From Octopus bimaculoides (Eukaryota): DNA of 40,117 bases. This document shows positions 1 through 12,320 of the stretch, in pieces. Numbering within the stretch: position 1 is the stretch's first letter; every line of letters begins with the position of its first letter. The stretch is from assembly GCF_001194135.2 (NCBI RefSeq), contig NC_068982.1, positions 147,733,244 through 147,773,360 on the forward strand. The letters are read 5' to 3'. A program made the translations under genes and the position numbers. The notes under the pieces were generated by a model. The model was not told the origin of the DNA, made no database searches, and was given only the letters and a program-made list of their open reading frames with translations.

Positions 1-76
1 CGTCATACTAATACATCCTTTTGTTATTTACACCACCTGTCCTCGTCTGTTGTTGTTTTTTCGTATATTCTCCCAT
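1..76 (+). mobile_element. 3' tail of the short HHR-associated repeat (type A), cut by the window edge, followed by (TA)n
   Basis: Nearly identical to 27903-27978, where the same tail follows GCTC-GAAA-CGTT-AAAG. Also related to 37451-37525, 37615-37688 (minus) and 37926-37985. Confidence 0.75.
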
Positions 77-107
77 ATATATATATATATATATGTATGG
101 GATCTCT

Positions 108-332
108 TATTTCTTTCCTGCCCACAAGGGGCTAAACATAGAGGGGACAAACAAGGACAGACAAACGGATTAAGTCAATTATATCGACCCCAGTGTGTAA
201 CTGGTACTTATTTAATCGACCCCGAAAGGATGAAAGGCAAAGTCGACCTCGGCGGAATTTGAACTCAGAACGTAACGGCAGACGAAATACCGCTAAGCAT
301 TTCGCCCGGCGTGCTAACGTTTCTGCCAGCTC
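108..332 (-). mobile_element. tRNA-derived SINE (family 1) with a 9-bp target-site duplication
   Basis: Minus-strand B box GAGTTCAAATTCC at 254-266. Direct repeat GGGATCTCT at 99-107 and 333-341. About nine related copies in the window. Confidence 0.85.
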
Positions 333-344
333 GGGATCTCTCTT

Positions 345-570
345 GCTGATTCAAAGTTCATGCATTTAGAATTTTCCCGTCTATGTGTACGTTAACATTT
401 AAATCATGAGACTGACCTGTGATGTATTTAATTGATCGAAGCATCGTCTTTATGAGGAAACATCTACGTCGTCGGTGGGCCTGGTAAAAAGAGCCACCAC
501 ATTTTCTTAAATCATATCCTAGAGTCTTAACAAAGGAAGGCCACATGGGAGAATGTAATTCTAAATGCAC
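345..570 (-). mobile_element. Possible, highly decayed RTE-clade LINE reverse transcriptase fragment
   Basis: Minus-strand translations in two frames give VVALFTRPTDDVDV (resembles the YADD region) and NVHIDGKILNA (resembles the region before F-x-YLGS). Recognised by eye only. Confidence 0.25.
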
Positions 571-1053
571 TATTTTGCAGGGTAAAATGATGTAATTGCC
601 TATGTTGCCGTGTCTTTCATCAATAAATTTCTTGATCAGAGTTACCAGAAACTAAACTATAAAAATAGCAACAACTTAGTACCAGTTATATATCATACCT
701 AGAAAAGTAACACGGGATGATCATGGATGGAATGGTTTTGATCTTAGGCTCATACTGTCTGAGCCGACTTGGAGACTAAACAACACAGAAGCGAAATATT
801 TCATTTGAAGACGCTGTTGTGTTGAATATACAAAGCTCAAAACATTGTGAAAGTAGAATCGCAAAATATGAGCTTAATAGTGTGGAAACCTAAGATTATT
901 CTGGCAACAAGTGAGTGATTCAACGCTGTTCATGTGTGTCGAAGTTCTCAACTGCAAAAGGAAAATGGCCGCTATTAGCAGAACAATTCGGCAGAATCAG
1001 AGCGTGCTTCAACTCGTTTGAAGTCGATATTTGATTTGCCTTTAAAATATTTT

Positions 1054-1055
<2 letters not shown>

Positions 1056-1087
<32 letters not shown>

Positions 1088-1310
1088 TTGTGCGTGAGTA
1101 CGTGTGTACGTATGAGCATATATATATGTGTGTGTGTGTTTGTATGAATAATAATTTTGTGTGTGTATGTGTAGATGTGAGAACGTATCTGCATACGCTT
1201 TTATATGTGCGTATAAGACGTGTGTGTGTTTGTGTGCATGTGCGCGTGTGCGTGCGCGTACGTGAGCGCTTGTGTATGTGTATGTGTGTGTGTGTAAACA
1301 TACAGATATG
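1056..1310. repeat. (CA)n and compound (TG)/(TA) microsatellite cluster
   Basis: Seen directly; explains ORFs 975-1355 and 1018-1311. Confidence 0.95.
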
Positions 1311-1623
1311 AGAGCATGGCACTTTAGTTTTCACAGAACCCAGGGTATTATGCACAATTCTAACTTTTCCAACTCGTATCGTCAGCCAACCGCTCCATCA
1401 GCCAACGGTTAATTTCTCCTTTTTAAGTGTTTCAATCATCCTTAATAGATAGAAGACAGAGTCAACGTTGGTAAAATTGAAATAATATCACAGGAGATAG
1501 TTAACATTGATGGATCAATTTATATATTTATAAAGCAATGAAGCAGCCTCTATGCAGTCGCCTCAGCAAAGTTATTTTCATTTGAAACCTGATCGTATTT
1601 CAAGTGGAAAAGCAAACGTTATC

Positions 1624-1625
<2 letters not shown>

Positions 1626-1682
<57 letters not shown>
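1626..1682. repeat. Perfect (AC)n microsatellite
   Basis: Seen directly. Confidence 0.98.
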
Positions 1683-1686
<4 letters not shown>

Positions 1687-1739
1687 GTAGCAGCATGAAT
1701 GACGAGAATGGTTACATAGATAGGTCTGCTCTACTGCGA

Positions 1740-1970
1740 AATAATAGTTTCATATTTTGGCACAAGGCCAGCAGTTTTAAGCGGGACTATTAGTCAATAT
1801 CTTCGACACAGTACTTGACTTGTATTTTATTTTGACGACCCCAATGGGATGAAAGGAAAAGTTGACCTCGGTGGAACTTGAACTCAGAGCATAATGAATC
1901 AGAAGAATACCGCTAGGCATTTTGTTCGACGCTCTAATAATTCTGTCTGTTCACCGTCCTTAACTGCGAA
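1740..1970 (-). mobile_element. SINE family 1, diverged copy
   Basis: gacccc...gatgaaaggaaaagttgacctcggtggaacttgaactcag matches 108-332. Confidence 0.8.
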
Positions 1971-2529
1971 ATAATAATAACTACGTACATGTATTCGTAT
2001 ACACTTTCGTATGAAAGACTAATGCATCATGTTTGTTCACGCTGAATACGATTAGTTTTGAAGTCAGAAAAGCCAAAAATATAATATATTTATTAACGTA
2101 CTAATATGTTGAGAACCGCTGTGCTTTAGCCTGTCTTTATATGTGGTTTCAAAGAAGAATTTATATAACCATGTATACAAATACAAGTATAAATGATGGT
2201 AAATATAAATATTATATTAATATATTTGGTACAAAAACGTTGGCCATGTCTGGGAGGGTTGAGATGCTTAACAGTACAGACGCCATTTGTTATTCGTATT
2301 CCCAGGAGAAGAAACAAATGAGAAGAAATAAATTCTAGTTGACCTTTATTTTTGGTGTATGCGACCAAAGTGAAAGGATAGGAAGAATTAAAAGTTAAAG
2401 AATCTGACACAAGGAATGAACAAATTCGAGCATTTGATTTCTGCTGACGCGACAGAGATAATGATTTCTAGCTTACAAACACAGTGACCAGTTTTATTGT
2501 GGAATTAGGCGATCTCTAGTACAAGATTA

Positions 2530-2660
2530 GTATTGATGTTTTCGACCCCTGACAGATAAATGTCAAAGTTAACTTCACCGTATTTGAATTCATAATTTAA
2601 GTGGACATGATTAAAAATCCCCTGGCATTTGTGCGCTGTTCTAACGATTCCGTCAATTGG
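2530..2660 (-). mobile_element. SINE family 1, heavily decayed copy
   Basis: tcgacccc...aaagttaacttcaccgtatttgaattca...ctaacgattc is collinear with the family. Confidence 0.55.
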
Positions 2661-3471
2661 TAAGTTAAACATCTCTATCAAGGATATGTAGTAACAGGCG
2701 AAGCTGATGCGTTAAGATTTCCATTAATATTCGAAAACAATAAAATCCTAATAAACATTCTTATAGTTTGGTACGGTGAAGACCTTTATAATCCCTATCT
2801 TATTTTGGTAACTATTTTCTATATTCCTGATAGAATCACGTAATAAAAGACAAAAGTAGGCCGAAGCTACTTATTTGAATGGTCTGTCTGATGAGCTTCA
2901 TACTTGATAGAAAAGTGAAAGGGAAGTCTATCAAAAATAAGAAACTATTTTTTTAATTCTCGAAAGAACTTGCACCATCACCGAGCTGATGAATTGGCAG
3001 CTGAATACAACATTTTATCTCTAATAAAAATTATAATTGAGCCAGGTTAGCCATTTAAGATACATAAAAAGGTGTAATATTCCCTGTTGGTTTGTTTTCT
3101 AATAATCTTAATGTTATGTCTCAACGCTACTGCTATCTAGCACCTTCACATGATCTCTACTCAACCGCTACACAACTGCTACTCGACTGCTACGCAACAC
3201 ACCTACCACGGTCAGACTACCTCTATTTATATGTCTTGGGAGATCCTACTTCTTCGCCTGGGGGCCTCGACACAACAATTAATTAAGCAGGTAAAATCGA
3301 ATAAATATCTTATAACAAACTTCGAAACGTTAAATGGATGTAATAGCTTAACTATTTCTTCAACGCTCACTCTGGCATGGCTTTTTAAGTAGTGATACAT
3401 GGAAGGAGGTAATTAGATAATAAAATAATTGGCATTATTTAGTAATGATCTACACTCCAATAAAGCTACCC

Positions 3472-4304
3472 ATAAAGTTCACAATGGAAAAAGAAAAAGA
3501 CAATCAGCTAGCATTCCTGGATGTTTTAATAACACGCACCAAGTATGGATTCAGGACATCCGTATAATGCAAGCCATCCTTCACTGGTCGATGCCTCAAC
3601 TTCAATTCCCACCATCCATATGGTGTAAAGAGAGGGATTTGTCAGCGCCTAAAACATCGAGCAAAGAACATAAGTAGCGATCCTGATACACACCACGAAG
3701 AAATGATCAAGCTCAATAACAATCAATTAAGCAACAGCTACCCCAAAAACATACTATCCATTCCAATTATGAAGAAAAGAGAGGATGAAACCAATAAATT
3801 GTCCACAGTCTGTCTACCCTATGTGAAAGCCCGCTCCGAAAAGATACAAAAGATATGCGGCCCATATAACATCAGGACAGTATTCAAGAGTATTACAACA
3901 CTTCGCAAATATCTCCTTCGAGTAAAACCACCAATAGAAGAGAATATGACCAAAGACTGCATGTACTCCGTCCTATGCAGCTGTGGTAGGTTATACAAAG
4001 GTGAAACATGTCGCCCCCCTCAAAATATGGGTAGACGAACATCGTAAAGCTATGATACGAGGAGATCTTGATAAATCGGGTATAGCTGATCATGTATGGA
4101 AAAATGGAGACCACCTCCCCCTGTAGAATAAAGTTCAAATAATAGACCGAGAACAACACTGGAGAATACCACTGGAAAATACGAAAACTAAAAGAAGCAG
4201 CACATATGCTAGGACACAACAACCTTCTAAGCAGACCGAGTGCAGATGTGAGTAGCATATGGGAACCGGTATTAAAGAAGGATAAGAAGAGATTAGATTT
4301 ATAA
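3472..4304 (+). pseudogene. Disrupted PLE RT-thumb/GIY-YIG ORF
   Basis: In-frame TAA at 3565-3567, frameshift in the C-run near 4015-4021, TAG near 4123, and a 13-bp tandem duplication (cactggagaatac/cactggaaaatac) near 4158-4183. Confidence 0.85.
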
Positions 4305-4333
4305 GCCCTAAAATTCACTCCATAATTGCCCAT

Positions 4334-4400
4334 GGACATGGCATAGTGGTTAAGAGCGCGGGCTACTAACCCCAAGATTCCGAGTTCTATTCCAAGCAGT
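4334..4400 (+). ncRNA. tRNA-derived Pol III-type head in the PLE 3' region (not a functional tRNA)
   Basis: A box TGGCATAGTGG at 4339-4349, B-box-like GAGTTCTATTCC at 4382-4393, and an anticodon-like loop CTACTAA resembling tRNA-Ser CTGCTAA. No complete cloverleaf. Confidence 0.65.
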
Positions 4401-4469
4401 GACCTGAATAATAATAATAACATCGAAAAATACCTTAGAAATGAGAACCCAGGTTCGAAATTTCCCCAT

Positions 4470-4515
4470 GACACCTGATGAAGGCTGGAGGGTATATCAG
4501 CTGAAACGTGGTGTT
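4470..4515 (+). ncRNA. Type I minimal hammerhead ribozyme motif, probably inactivated
   Basis: Stem I GACAC/GUGUU; core CUGAUGA(A) 4475-4482; stem II GGCUG/CAGCU; GAAA 4503-4506; palindromic ACGU stem III. The cleavage triplet is GUG, which does not fit NUH. Confidence 0.8.
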
Positions 4516-7320
4516 AACAACAAACAAATGAAAGAAAAACAAATTTCTGTAATATCTATCAAAACACCTGGAGCGAAGATACGGTATGCTAGTAATGACA
4601 ATCAAATTCCCTCAAATCACATCCTACAAATTTTAAAACGGGAAGCATGCAATGGACAATTTAGTCCTAGATATACAAAACGACGAGTTTGTCAAGACGA
4701 GAAAAGTGTTAATAATAAATGTTCTTTAAGAGGAGACACCTCGATCTAAATTCCGGCAGCAACAAGCATAATATATGAAGAAGTGTAAAAGAACGTTTTC
4801 CTCATCTGCGACTAAAATAACCGGCAGTTTCTTTATCGTCAATGACATACATAATAACAGAGAAGGGTTATACGGAGATCAATGATAAAGAGTTCCTCTT
4901 CTGTTTTGATCGTCAATTACCCTGGATGGATCACATCAGCTTCTCTCTCTCTCTCTCTCTCTTGCAACGATCACTCATTTGCCAGAGGTTCATCAAATCA
5001 TATATAGATATATACATGCTCATTATCGTTAATATTAACATATCATACATGTGCGCGCGCGCGCGAACGAAACTGCTATTATTGAATCAAAACCTCTGCA
5101 GAATAATAAATGCCAATACGGTTGAAATTGTCACCAGCGTCCTAAGCGCTGCTGCTGCGATTGTGTCGAAAATATCAGCGTGGTGTCAAATAACAGTTGA
5201 GCATTGAAGATACTAGATATTACGAGGGCGCAAATAGGGAGGTCGAAAGTATCAAGAATTATAATTATAGTTAAAATGTATCGTGGTCAAGTATATAGAC
5301 GTGATCACTGTTATCACAGTAATCACTATGCATACGTTAGTGTGCTATTATAATCCATAATAGGCACTCATTATTTCCAGAATATAACGTATTGTTTGGA
5401 GTGGCTTCTCATTTGAGAAAAGATATTTCATTCAACAAGGCCGCTAATGTCATAGAAGTCTGTTATGTCAGTCAGAATAATAGAAAAATATAAAAAATAT
5501 ATTATGTAAAAATCTCTACAAATCAAGATCAAAGCCAAATCACGATCAAAGATTATTTCCCATATTTAACGTTTCGCTGTTTATATCACCTGATACTTAT
5601 CAATCAGATGATATAAAGTAACATCATGAAATTCTTATTTTATATGAGTGTGACTCCAGTGCAATGACTATAGGACTAAAATTGCAAACTACATCAATGA
5701 AATTATCGTATCCTACAGTCTTTCATTTTAGAAAAAAAAAAAAAAAAAATGAAAACACAATCATGGAAAGATTGTTACTTAATTTTATTTCGTATATTTG
5801 TTTCAAATAAAATCTAAAATGTTACAGCTTAATTATGTCACTGAATTTAAGCTTCTGGGGATCTGTATATTGTTTAAACAATTTAGTGATGTAAACATGC
5901 ATAGACGTCGGTGAGGAATTAGTTCACTAACCATACTCACATTATAATCAAGCGAATTCTTTGATACATTATTTGAAGAGATAGGTCGATCTAAGAGAAA
6001 TTGTTACAGTATATATTATACTTTGCTCACAATTGAGAAACTGATGTTTGACGAAACTGTAAACGGGAAAAATCTTTTAACCTGCGGTCTTTTACAAGGC
6101 ACTAGCTAAGGTGTTCTGCTAATTATTGGCATTTGTTATTAGCTTGGTGTTGAACAAAACAAAAATAATTCAATACCAGGAGTGTTCAGAATTAATACAA
6201 GAAACCATACTTGCGCAAAAATTGAACTAAAAGAAGAAGTGTTCACTGAAAATCAATTATTCTTGAGCCCATACGATAAATTTCAGAAGGAAAAGTACAA
6301 TGCAACAAAGCTAATGCGTTTCGTCTCGCAGTCGAAAGAGAAGCGGTGGTTAATGATATAAGCAGAAAGACAGCCGTAAAGTGTAGACCCGATGTGAATG
6401 CTTGCAGAAAATATGGCCTCTGCACCGCCGAGAATCGATTGACCCTTAAAACCATGCTTTACTCTGCCGTATAGCTAAAGGCCAACTCTGAGACATCCAA
6501 CCCTGTATACGACGAGGTTTGTCTTCCAACACTGAACAAATCCATCAATACTTGCTCTTGAATTTTGGGAATGGGCCCTAATGAAGGTGACCTTTCATTA
6601 AACGCTTATCTTGCTCCGCTTTCTTCAGGTTTTCCTTTCTTTCTATATGTCTTTCATTCTTAATTCACAGCTTGTTTCAGTAATTATTTTCCCTTTCCAT
6701 CTGTTTATTTTCTTTCTTGCTTTCCTTCTTTTTTTCTCTTTTTCTTTTCCAGCATCTTCTCATAATGATCCTATTTTATAAACATATATTTGCATATGTA
6801 AGTAACCAGCGCCGGGTGTGATAACTCCTTTGAAAATCCATAGAAGTACACTTTCTTTACCCATAATCCTTTGGTTGATTTTAATCCTCATCGCCCATTG
6901 TTTACCTCTCTCCTCGATATCGATATGATTATATACGAACGAACGTTATCCGCTTGCCACATTAGGTGTGTTAATTCTTACTTGACAGTATGTAGCTACA
7001 CATGGCTGGTCCTTTAGGATAAAGATTACATATCCACCGAAATGGACGGAGTAAAAGTTCGACTCCTCGTATGCCATCATACATATGTTGCAGAGCCACG
7101 AAAGTACAAGGCCTTAATGTTATTTATTTTCTCACACTTACCTACGTGCGTACATGTAAGAAGACAAACCGACGTAAGAGCCTTTTATGATCGAAATAAA
7201 CAAATCACCATGGTATCACACTCTACTCAGTAAAAATGGAATGACTGCATTTAGTAATGTAGTCCTATATACTCTAATAGTCACGAATGTAATATCTTTA
7301 GTCATATTTAATAGATAAGT

Positions 7321-7500
7321 ATCGATCAAGCAGTGGGGCGGATGTAATCGCTTTGCTCCTTTGTCTAAAATTTCAGTTTATAGTAGAAAGAAAAAAATAT
7401 CTACCAGCAACAAGTGATAGATATTTTTTTCTTTCTACTATAAACTGAAATTTTAGACAAAGGAGCAAAGCGATTACATCCACCCCACTGCTTGATCGAT
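7321..7500. repeat. Near-perfect fold-back inverted repeat (83-bp arms, 14-bp spacer)
   Basis: 7321-7403 is the reverse complement of 7418-7500 with one mismatch. Confidence 0.95.
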
Positions 7501-8029
7501 TCTTATCTTATCGACTCTGAAAAGATCTCCGAACAAAAAAACTGAAAGAAATGTCACTAAGCGTGTTGTCTGGAGAGCTAACCATTCTGCCATGTTGCCG
7601 CCATGCAACAAATGATACTTATGTTTAATCAACCCCCAAAAGTATGATACACAAAAGGCACCTTCGGAGTTTGTCCGGTAAGAGAGTCACCTAAATATTC
7701 TGATTCTTCTTTTCCGAGATGTAATTCTATCTTTCGAATTAGCGGTAAGAACTATATACGTACAAATCAATACTTTTTGGACAGAATGTCAGGAATGATT
7801 GTTGATGCTGTTGTTGTATAACCGCATGAAATCAGCCTTGACCATACCTATAATCAAAGACACTATCTTTGACTATGCCATTTTTTGTACTTCCAGAACA
7901 ACGTATGTTAATGTGTTTGTCCTTTAAAAGAACAGTAAGTTGTGAATGAAAAGTGGTAATCGGTTGCTATTTCTAGCTATTGATATGACAGCATAGAGGC
8001 TCATTCATCAATTTAACAAAGTCAGAAGT

Positions 8030-8270
8030 GTATAGGAAGGGGATATAATCGATTGAGTCAATCAGAGCATATTACTGGTTTCTCACATATTGAATTTAGA
8101 CGGACGAAAGGCAAAGCCAGATATGACCAGAATGCCACTCAATCGTTCTGGTATGACTAATCATGACTTCTAACATTGGTACAATGCCACATATTTAAGG
8201 AGAATGTAAAATCGATTACACATCCCTTAGTACTTAACTGGTATTTATTTTATCGAATCACCGAATTAGC
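8030..8270 (-). mobile_element. SINE family 1, decayed fragments
   Basis: aatcgatt...actggtt...gacgaaaggcaaag, and aatcgattacacatcccttagtacttaactggtatttattttatcga. Confidence 0.5.
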
Positions 8271-8360
8271 TTTTGGTATAAGGGACACATCTCAATTCAC
8301 CGGTTGACTCAGTTATACAGTAAAGCACATACATGTACGTATATGTTATATTTTAGCTAA

Positions 8361-8400
<40 letters not shown>

Positions 8401-8645
8401 CATAATATGGTAAAAATTCGATATTAATTAATATCAATTTAATACCAGGAAACTAGCACATTAAAAGAATCAGAAGGCTCTTCAAAAAATTTTTTTCGAG
8501 ATCCTAAAAAGATTATAGTACTTGTGTATATAAGATTGACCAGTGACCGGTCTGTCAAAATGCTAGAAGCTCACTTAAAAAATTCTCAAATACGGATTCA
8601 GCGGAGCAAAATCAGGCGGGCTAGACCAGTGAAAATTGTACATAC

Positions 8646-8905
8646 NNNNNNNNNNNNNNNNNNNNNNNNNNNNNNNNNNNNNNNNNNNNNNNNNNNNNNN
8701 NNNNNNNNNNNNNNNNNNNNNNNNNNNNNNNNNNNNNNNNNNNNNNNNNNNNNNNNNNNNNNNNNNNNNNNNNNNNNNNNNNNNNNNNNNNNNNNNNNNN
8801 NNNNNNNNNNNNNNNNNNNNNNNNNNNNNNNNNNNNNNNNNNNNNNNNNNNNNNNNNNNNNNNNNNNNNNNNNNNNNNNNNNNNNNNNNNNNNNNNNNNN
8901 NNNNN
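8646..8905. other. Assembly gap (N run)
   Basis: Seen directly. Confidence 1.
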
Positions 8906-8940
<35 letters not shown>

Positions 8941-9409
8941 TAGATAGATAGATATACAACGGGTGTCACAACTCATTTTTACCTATCAAATGTCACTCAC
9001 AAGGCATTAGTCAACCCAAGGTCACATACAGTAAAGACAATGTCCATGTTGCCACACAGCCAAATTGAACCTAGAACTCACGGTTGGGAAGTCACATTCT
9101 AAACTCCATGGTTATGCATGCGTCTGCTATGCACATATTTAGACTTTGAGGAAGATATTGGAATAACTGATGGGAAATGTAAACTGGACGTAAGTCATGC
9201 AAACTGACTGTGTCGGTTAATATACTACATACACACACACACCAATGTACTGTTTCTATTTGTTGTATGAGCTGTATGAGCGAGGGACACTTGTTGAAGA
9301 GAAATTTGCCAACGGAAATCGATACAGGATACAAATAATTAAAGATTGAATACCTGTCCTTTCTCTCTCTCCCTCACTCACACACGCACAACACCACGCA
9401 AACGCTTCT

Positions 9410-9457
9410 TCATACTATCTATCTATATATCTATCTGTTTTTATGTATGCATGAATA

Positions 9458-9515
<58 letters not shown>

Positions 9516-9763
9516 TACATACACACACACATATATATATATATATACACACATTTACACACATGCATACATACACATGCATATACATAAATACACACAC
9601 ATATGCATGCATACACACATATATGCATGCATACATATACATATATATCTATATAACTATCTATCTATATATATATATACACACGCACGCGCACAGGAAA
9701 GTGAGTCATACAGACAATCACAGATAAAATGGGTTGGAGAAGAATTGGGATGGATATGTTTAT

Positions 9764-9803
<40 letters not shown>

Positions 9804-9926
9804 ATGAATTTATGTTGTATGTTGACACACTTGTTTGTCTCCCATATCCAAATACATCATATGCATGCCATATGCTCATACAATGCCCATAGGTGCGAGT
9901 GTGTGTGCATATATGTGATGTCGATA

Positions 9927-9981
<55 letters not shown>

Positions 9982-9990
9982 ACATACATA
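9410..9990. repeat. Compound (TA)n/(CA)n/(TACA)n/(CT)n microsatellite cluster
   Basis: Seen directly; source of several spurious ORFs. Confidence 0.95.
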
Positions 9991-10599
9991 CACACATCTC
10001 TAAGGTACATAGCGTGCCTATTTTTCTGCTATTTAATAATAATTTCAAATTTAAATTCTTTTCAGAATTTGCATCATTTATGTGAAGAAGAAATGAAACT
10101 TGTTATTTTTAGTTATCGATTATGAAATGTCATGCAATAACGTTTACGTGATGAATTGGTTATTGATGACCCAAACTCCATTTGACCTGGGTGCAGCAAT
10201 TTCTGATGTGGACAGGTTTGATAAGTTCCTGTCAGCTTGGTGAAATTCTTCTGTCTTTAAATATATAATCTAAAGAAGCTTTAGTTACTGACAAGTTAAC
10301 TGTTATAATCAGTAATATATTTGTTGCATTGGCAGCTTCAAGAGATTCTTGTTTGGGTGGGGGAGTGGATGGAGAAGGAGACAGGCAGACATAGAAAGAG
10401 AACGAGAGTGAGAGAGTGAGATAGATACAGAAGAGAGAGAGGGAGATGCAGAGGGCGGGGCTGAAAGAGAAGGAGTGATAGAGATAGAAGTAATGAAAAA
10501 CTAGCATTGGTCTTCCTATTCTGATTTCCTGTCCAGAGTGTAAAATGGGCATATTCAAGGCTAGCACAAAGCCAGCAATTATGATGGGATGGGGTAGGA

Positions 10600-10790
10600 G
10601 TAGGGAACAAGTCATTCCATCGGTCCCAGTATTTTCCTGGAACCAATTTTATCGCCCCGAAAGCTTGAAAGGTAAAGTCAAGAAAAAACGCAATAAGAAC
10701 TTAGAACGTAATGAGCCGAAAGAAATACCGCAAAGTATTTTCCCAACGCTCCAACAATTCTGCCTGGTCAGCTCATTACGTTTCTTGTTC
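10600..10790 (-). mobile_element. SINE family 1, diverged copy
   Basis: atcgccccgaaagcttgaaaggtaaagtc...gaacttagaacgtaa...gaaataccgcaaagtattt. Confidence 0.7.
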
Positions 10791-10937
10791 AAAAACCACC
10801 GAGATCAACTTTGCATTTCGTCCCTCTGAGATCGATAAACTAAAGTGTGAGTGATTTAATTAACTAACCGTCTGCTTCCATACTTATTTCATAGGCGATA
10901 TGCTTATGATAAAACCTATTTGAACTTCGTAAACATA

Positions 10938-11310
10938 GACGCAGGAGTGGCTGTGTGGTAAGTAGCTTGCTTACCAACCACATGGTTCCGGGTTCAGTCC
11001 CACTGCGTGGCACCTTGGGCAAGTGTCTTCTACTATAGCCTCGAGCCGACCAATGCCTTGTGAGTGGATTTGGTAGACGGAAACTGAAAGAAGCCCGTCG
11101 TATATATGTTTATATATATATGTATGTGTGTGTATCTGTGTTTGACCCCCAACATCACTTGACAACCGATGCTGGTGTGTTTAGGTCCCCGTAACTTAGC
11201 GGTTCGGCAAAAAGAGACCGATAGAATAAGTACTGGGGTCGATTTGATTCGACTGAAAGCGGTGCTCCAGCATGGCCGCAGTCAAATGACCGAAACAAAT
11301 AAAAGAATAA
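10938..11310 (+). mobile_element. Full-length tRNA-derived SINE (family 2) with an internal short microsatellite
   Basis: Head GTGGCTGTGTGGTAAG...GGGTTCAGTCCC; body gccttgtgagtggatttggtagacggaaactgaaagaagcccgtcg; (TA)/(TG) tract at ~11100-11135; A-rich end gaaacaaataaaagaataa. Confidence 0.85.
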
Positions 11311-12179
11311 TGAATATTTTCTGAAATGTTGAAATGGTCGCAATAAGTCTGTTCTAAAACTAATTAAACATGAGAAACTTGTAACGCAACCATTCGAACT
11401 ATTAGAAATAGCAACCATCCGTCCCCATCATATTACACACTGTTGACTGAAGTTCAGAAATGAAGAACGCATTCGTTAAGGCAGCTCAAGATAACTCTGA
11501 ATAAAAAGTGATGGTCACGGTTTATAATTGTCTGATAATATGTTTGTTCAATCAGGGAGGAAAAGAGGCCTATACAAAGACAATAACAACAACAACAGCA
11601 GCATCAGCAAAACTAACGGCAGCATCGGCAGCAGCGCAACAGGTTTCAAACGATCCAGCGAGGGAATTTCTATGTGGTCACAGAAAAAGCGGGAATAACA
11701 GAAAAAAAACAAAAAAGAAACAACCAGATATCTCTCAATTTACAGCCTTGACATTTGAAAGCGGGAGAGTATGGGGAATAATACGGTTCCTAATGTACAG
11801 TGTGTGCGAAAAAATATGGAGGTAAGGCAATTCTGGAATGCCGTTTTCCATAGATCGACTAGGAGCTATGGAAGTTAAAAAACAAAAACGAATTGGAAAA
11901 CGCAGTCATAACTAGTCTCTCTAAGGAGTAATCATTCTGATCATAGGCCTACTCAACTAGGGATGGCTGGGAGATAAATAGCAACAATTAGAAGAACAAC
12001 AGATCGTATCAATCATTTCTCAGAAGAGATGAAGCTAATCAGTGGATACAAGATATTTCTAGTCGCTTTGCCTTGTTACTTTTATCTTTTTTATTTATAT
12101 TTTATGGCCTTACTCGTCAGACAAAGGATGGTGTGTGAGGTTTTTATGCGATGAGAGGCAGAGTGGGAGGACAACCGTG

Positions 12180-12320
12180 TCAGAGTAAGAGTGAGAGCGA
12201 CAGAGAGAGAGAGAGAGACAGACAGAGAGAGACTGACAAACAGGCAGAGAGAGAAAGAGAGAGACACACACACACAAACAGAGAGGTAGACAGATGTAGA
12301 TAGACAGTGGCACACAGTGT
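12180..12320. repeat. (GA)n/(GACA)n low-complexity tract
   Basis: Seen directly. Confidence 0.9.

Larger units (their letters stand above)
3450..4530 (+). mobile_element. 5'-truncated Penelope-like retroelement (PLE): RT C-terminus, GIY-YIG endonuclease and 3' region with HHR
   Basis: From 3472 the frame reads IKFTMEKEKDNQLAFLDVLITR...V*CKPSFTGRCLNFNSHHP, then continues into ORF 3703 (LPYVK...DCMYSVLCSCGRLYKGETCRP). After a frameshift it reads EHRKAMIRGDLDKSGIADHVWK...IIDREQHW...LKEAAHML...IWEPVL, ending TAA at 4302-4304. These are typical Penelope/Poseidon-type motifs. Confidence 0.9.

Noticed and set aside
2888-2930. CTGATGAG...GAAAG motif
   Set aside because: No valid stem I or stem III around an NUH site.
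3070-3290. Solo-LTR-like segment on the minus strand (TG start, TATAAATA)
   Set aside because: No TSD or convincing TG...CA boundaries; no second copy.
4334-4400. Functional tRNA gene
   Set aside because: No complete acceptor stem and a degenerate B box; treated as a tRNA-derived head. The same applies to the other SINE heads.
11556-11698. Plus-strand terminal exon candidate RKRGLYKDNNNNNSSISKTNGSIGSSATGFKRSSEGISMWSQKKRE*
   Set aside because: Weak pyrimidine tract; openness is explained by decayed (AAC)/(AGC) repeats; no recognisable domain.
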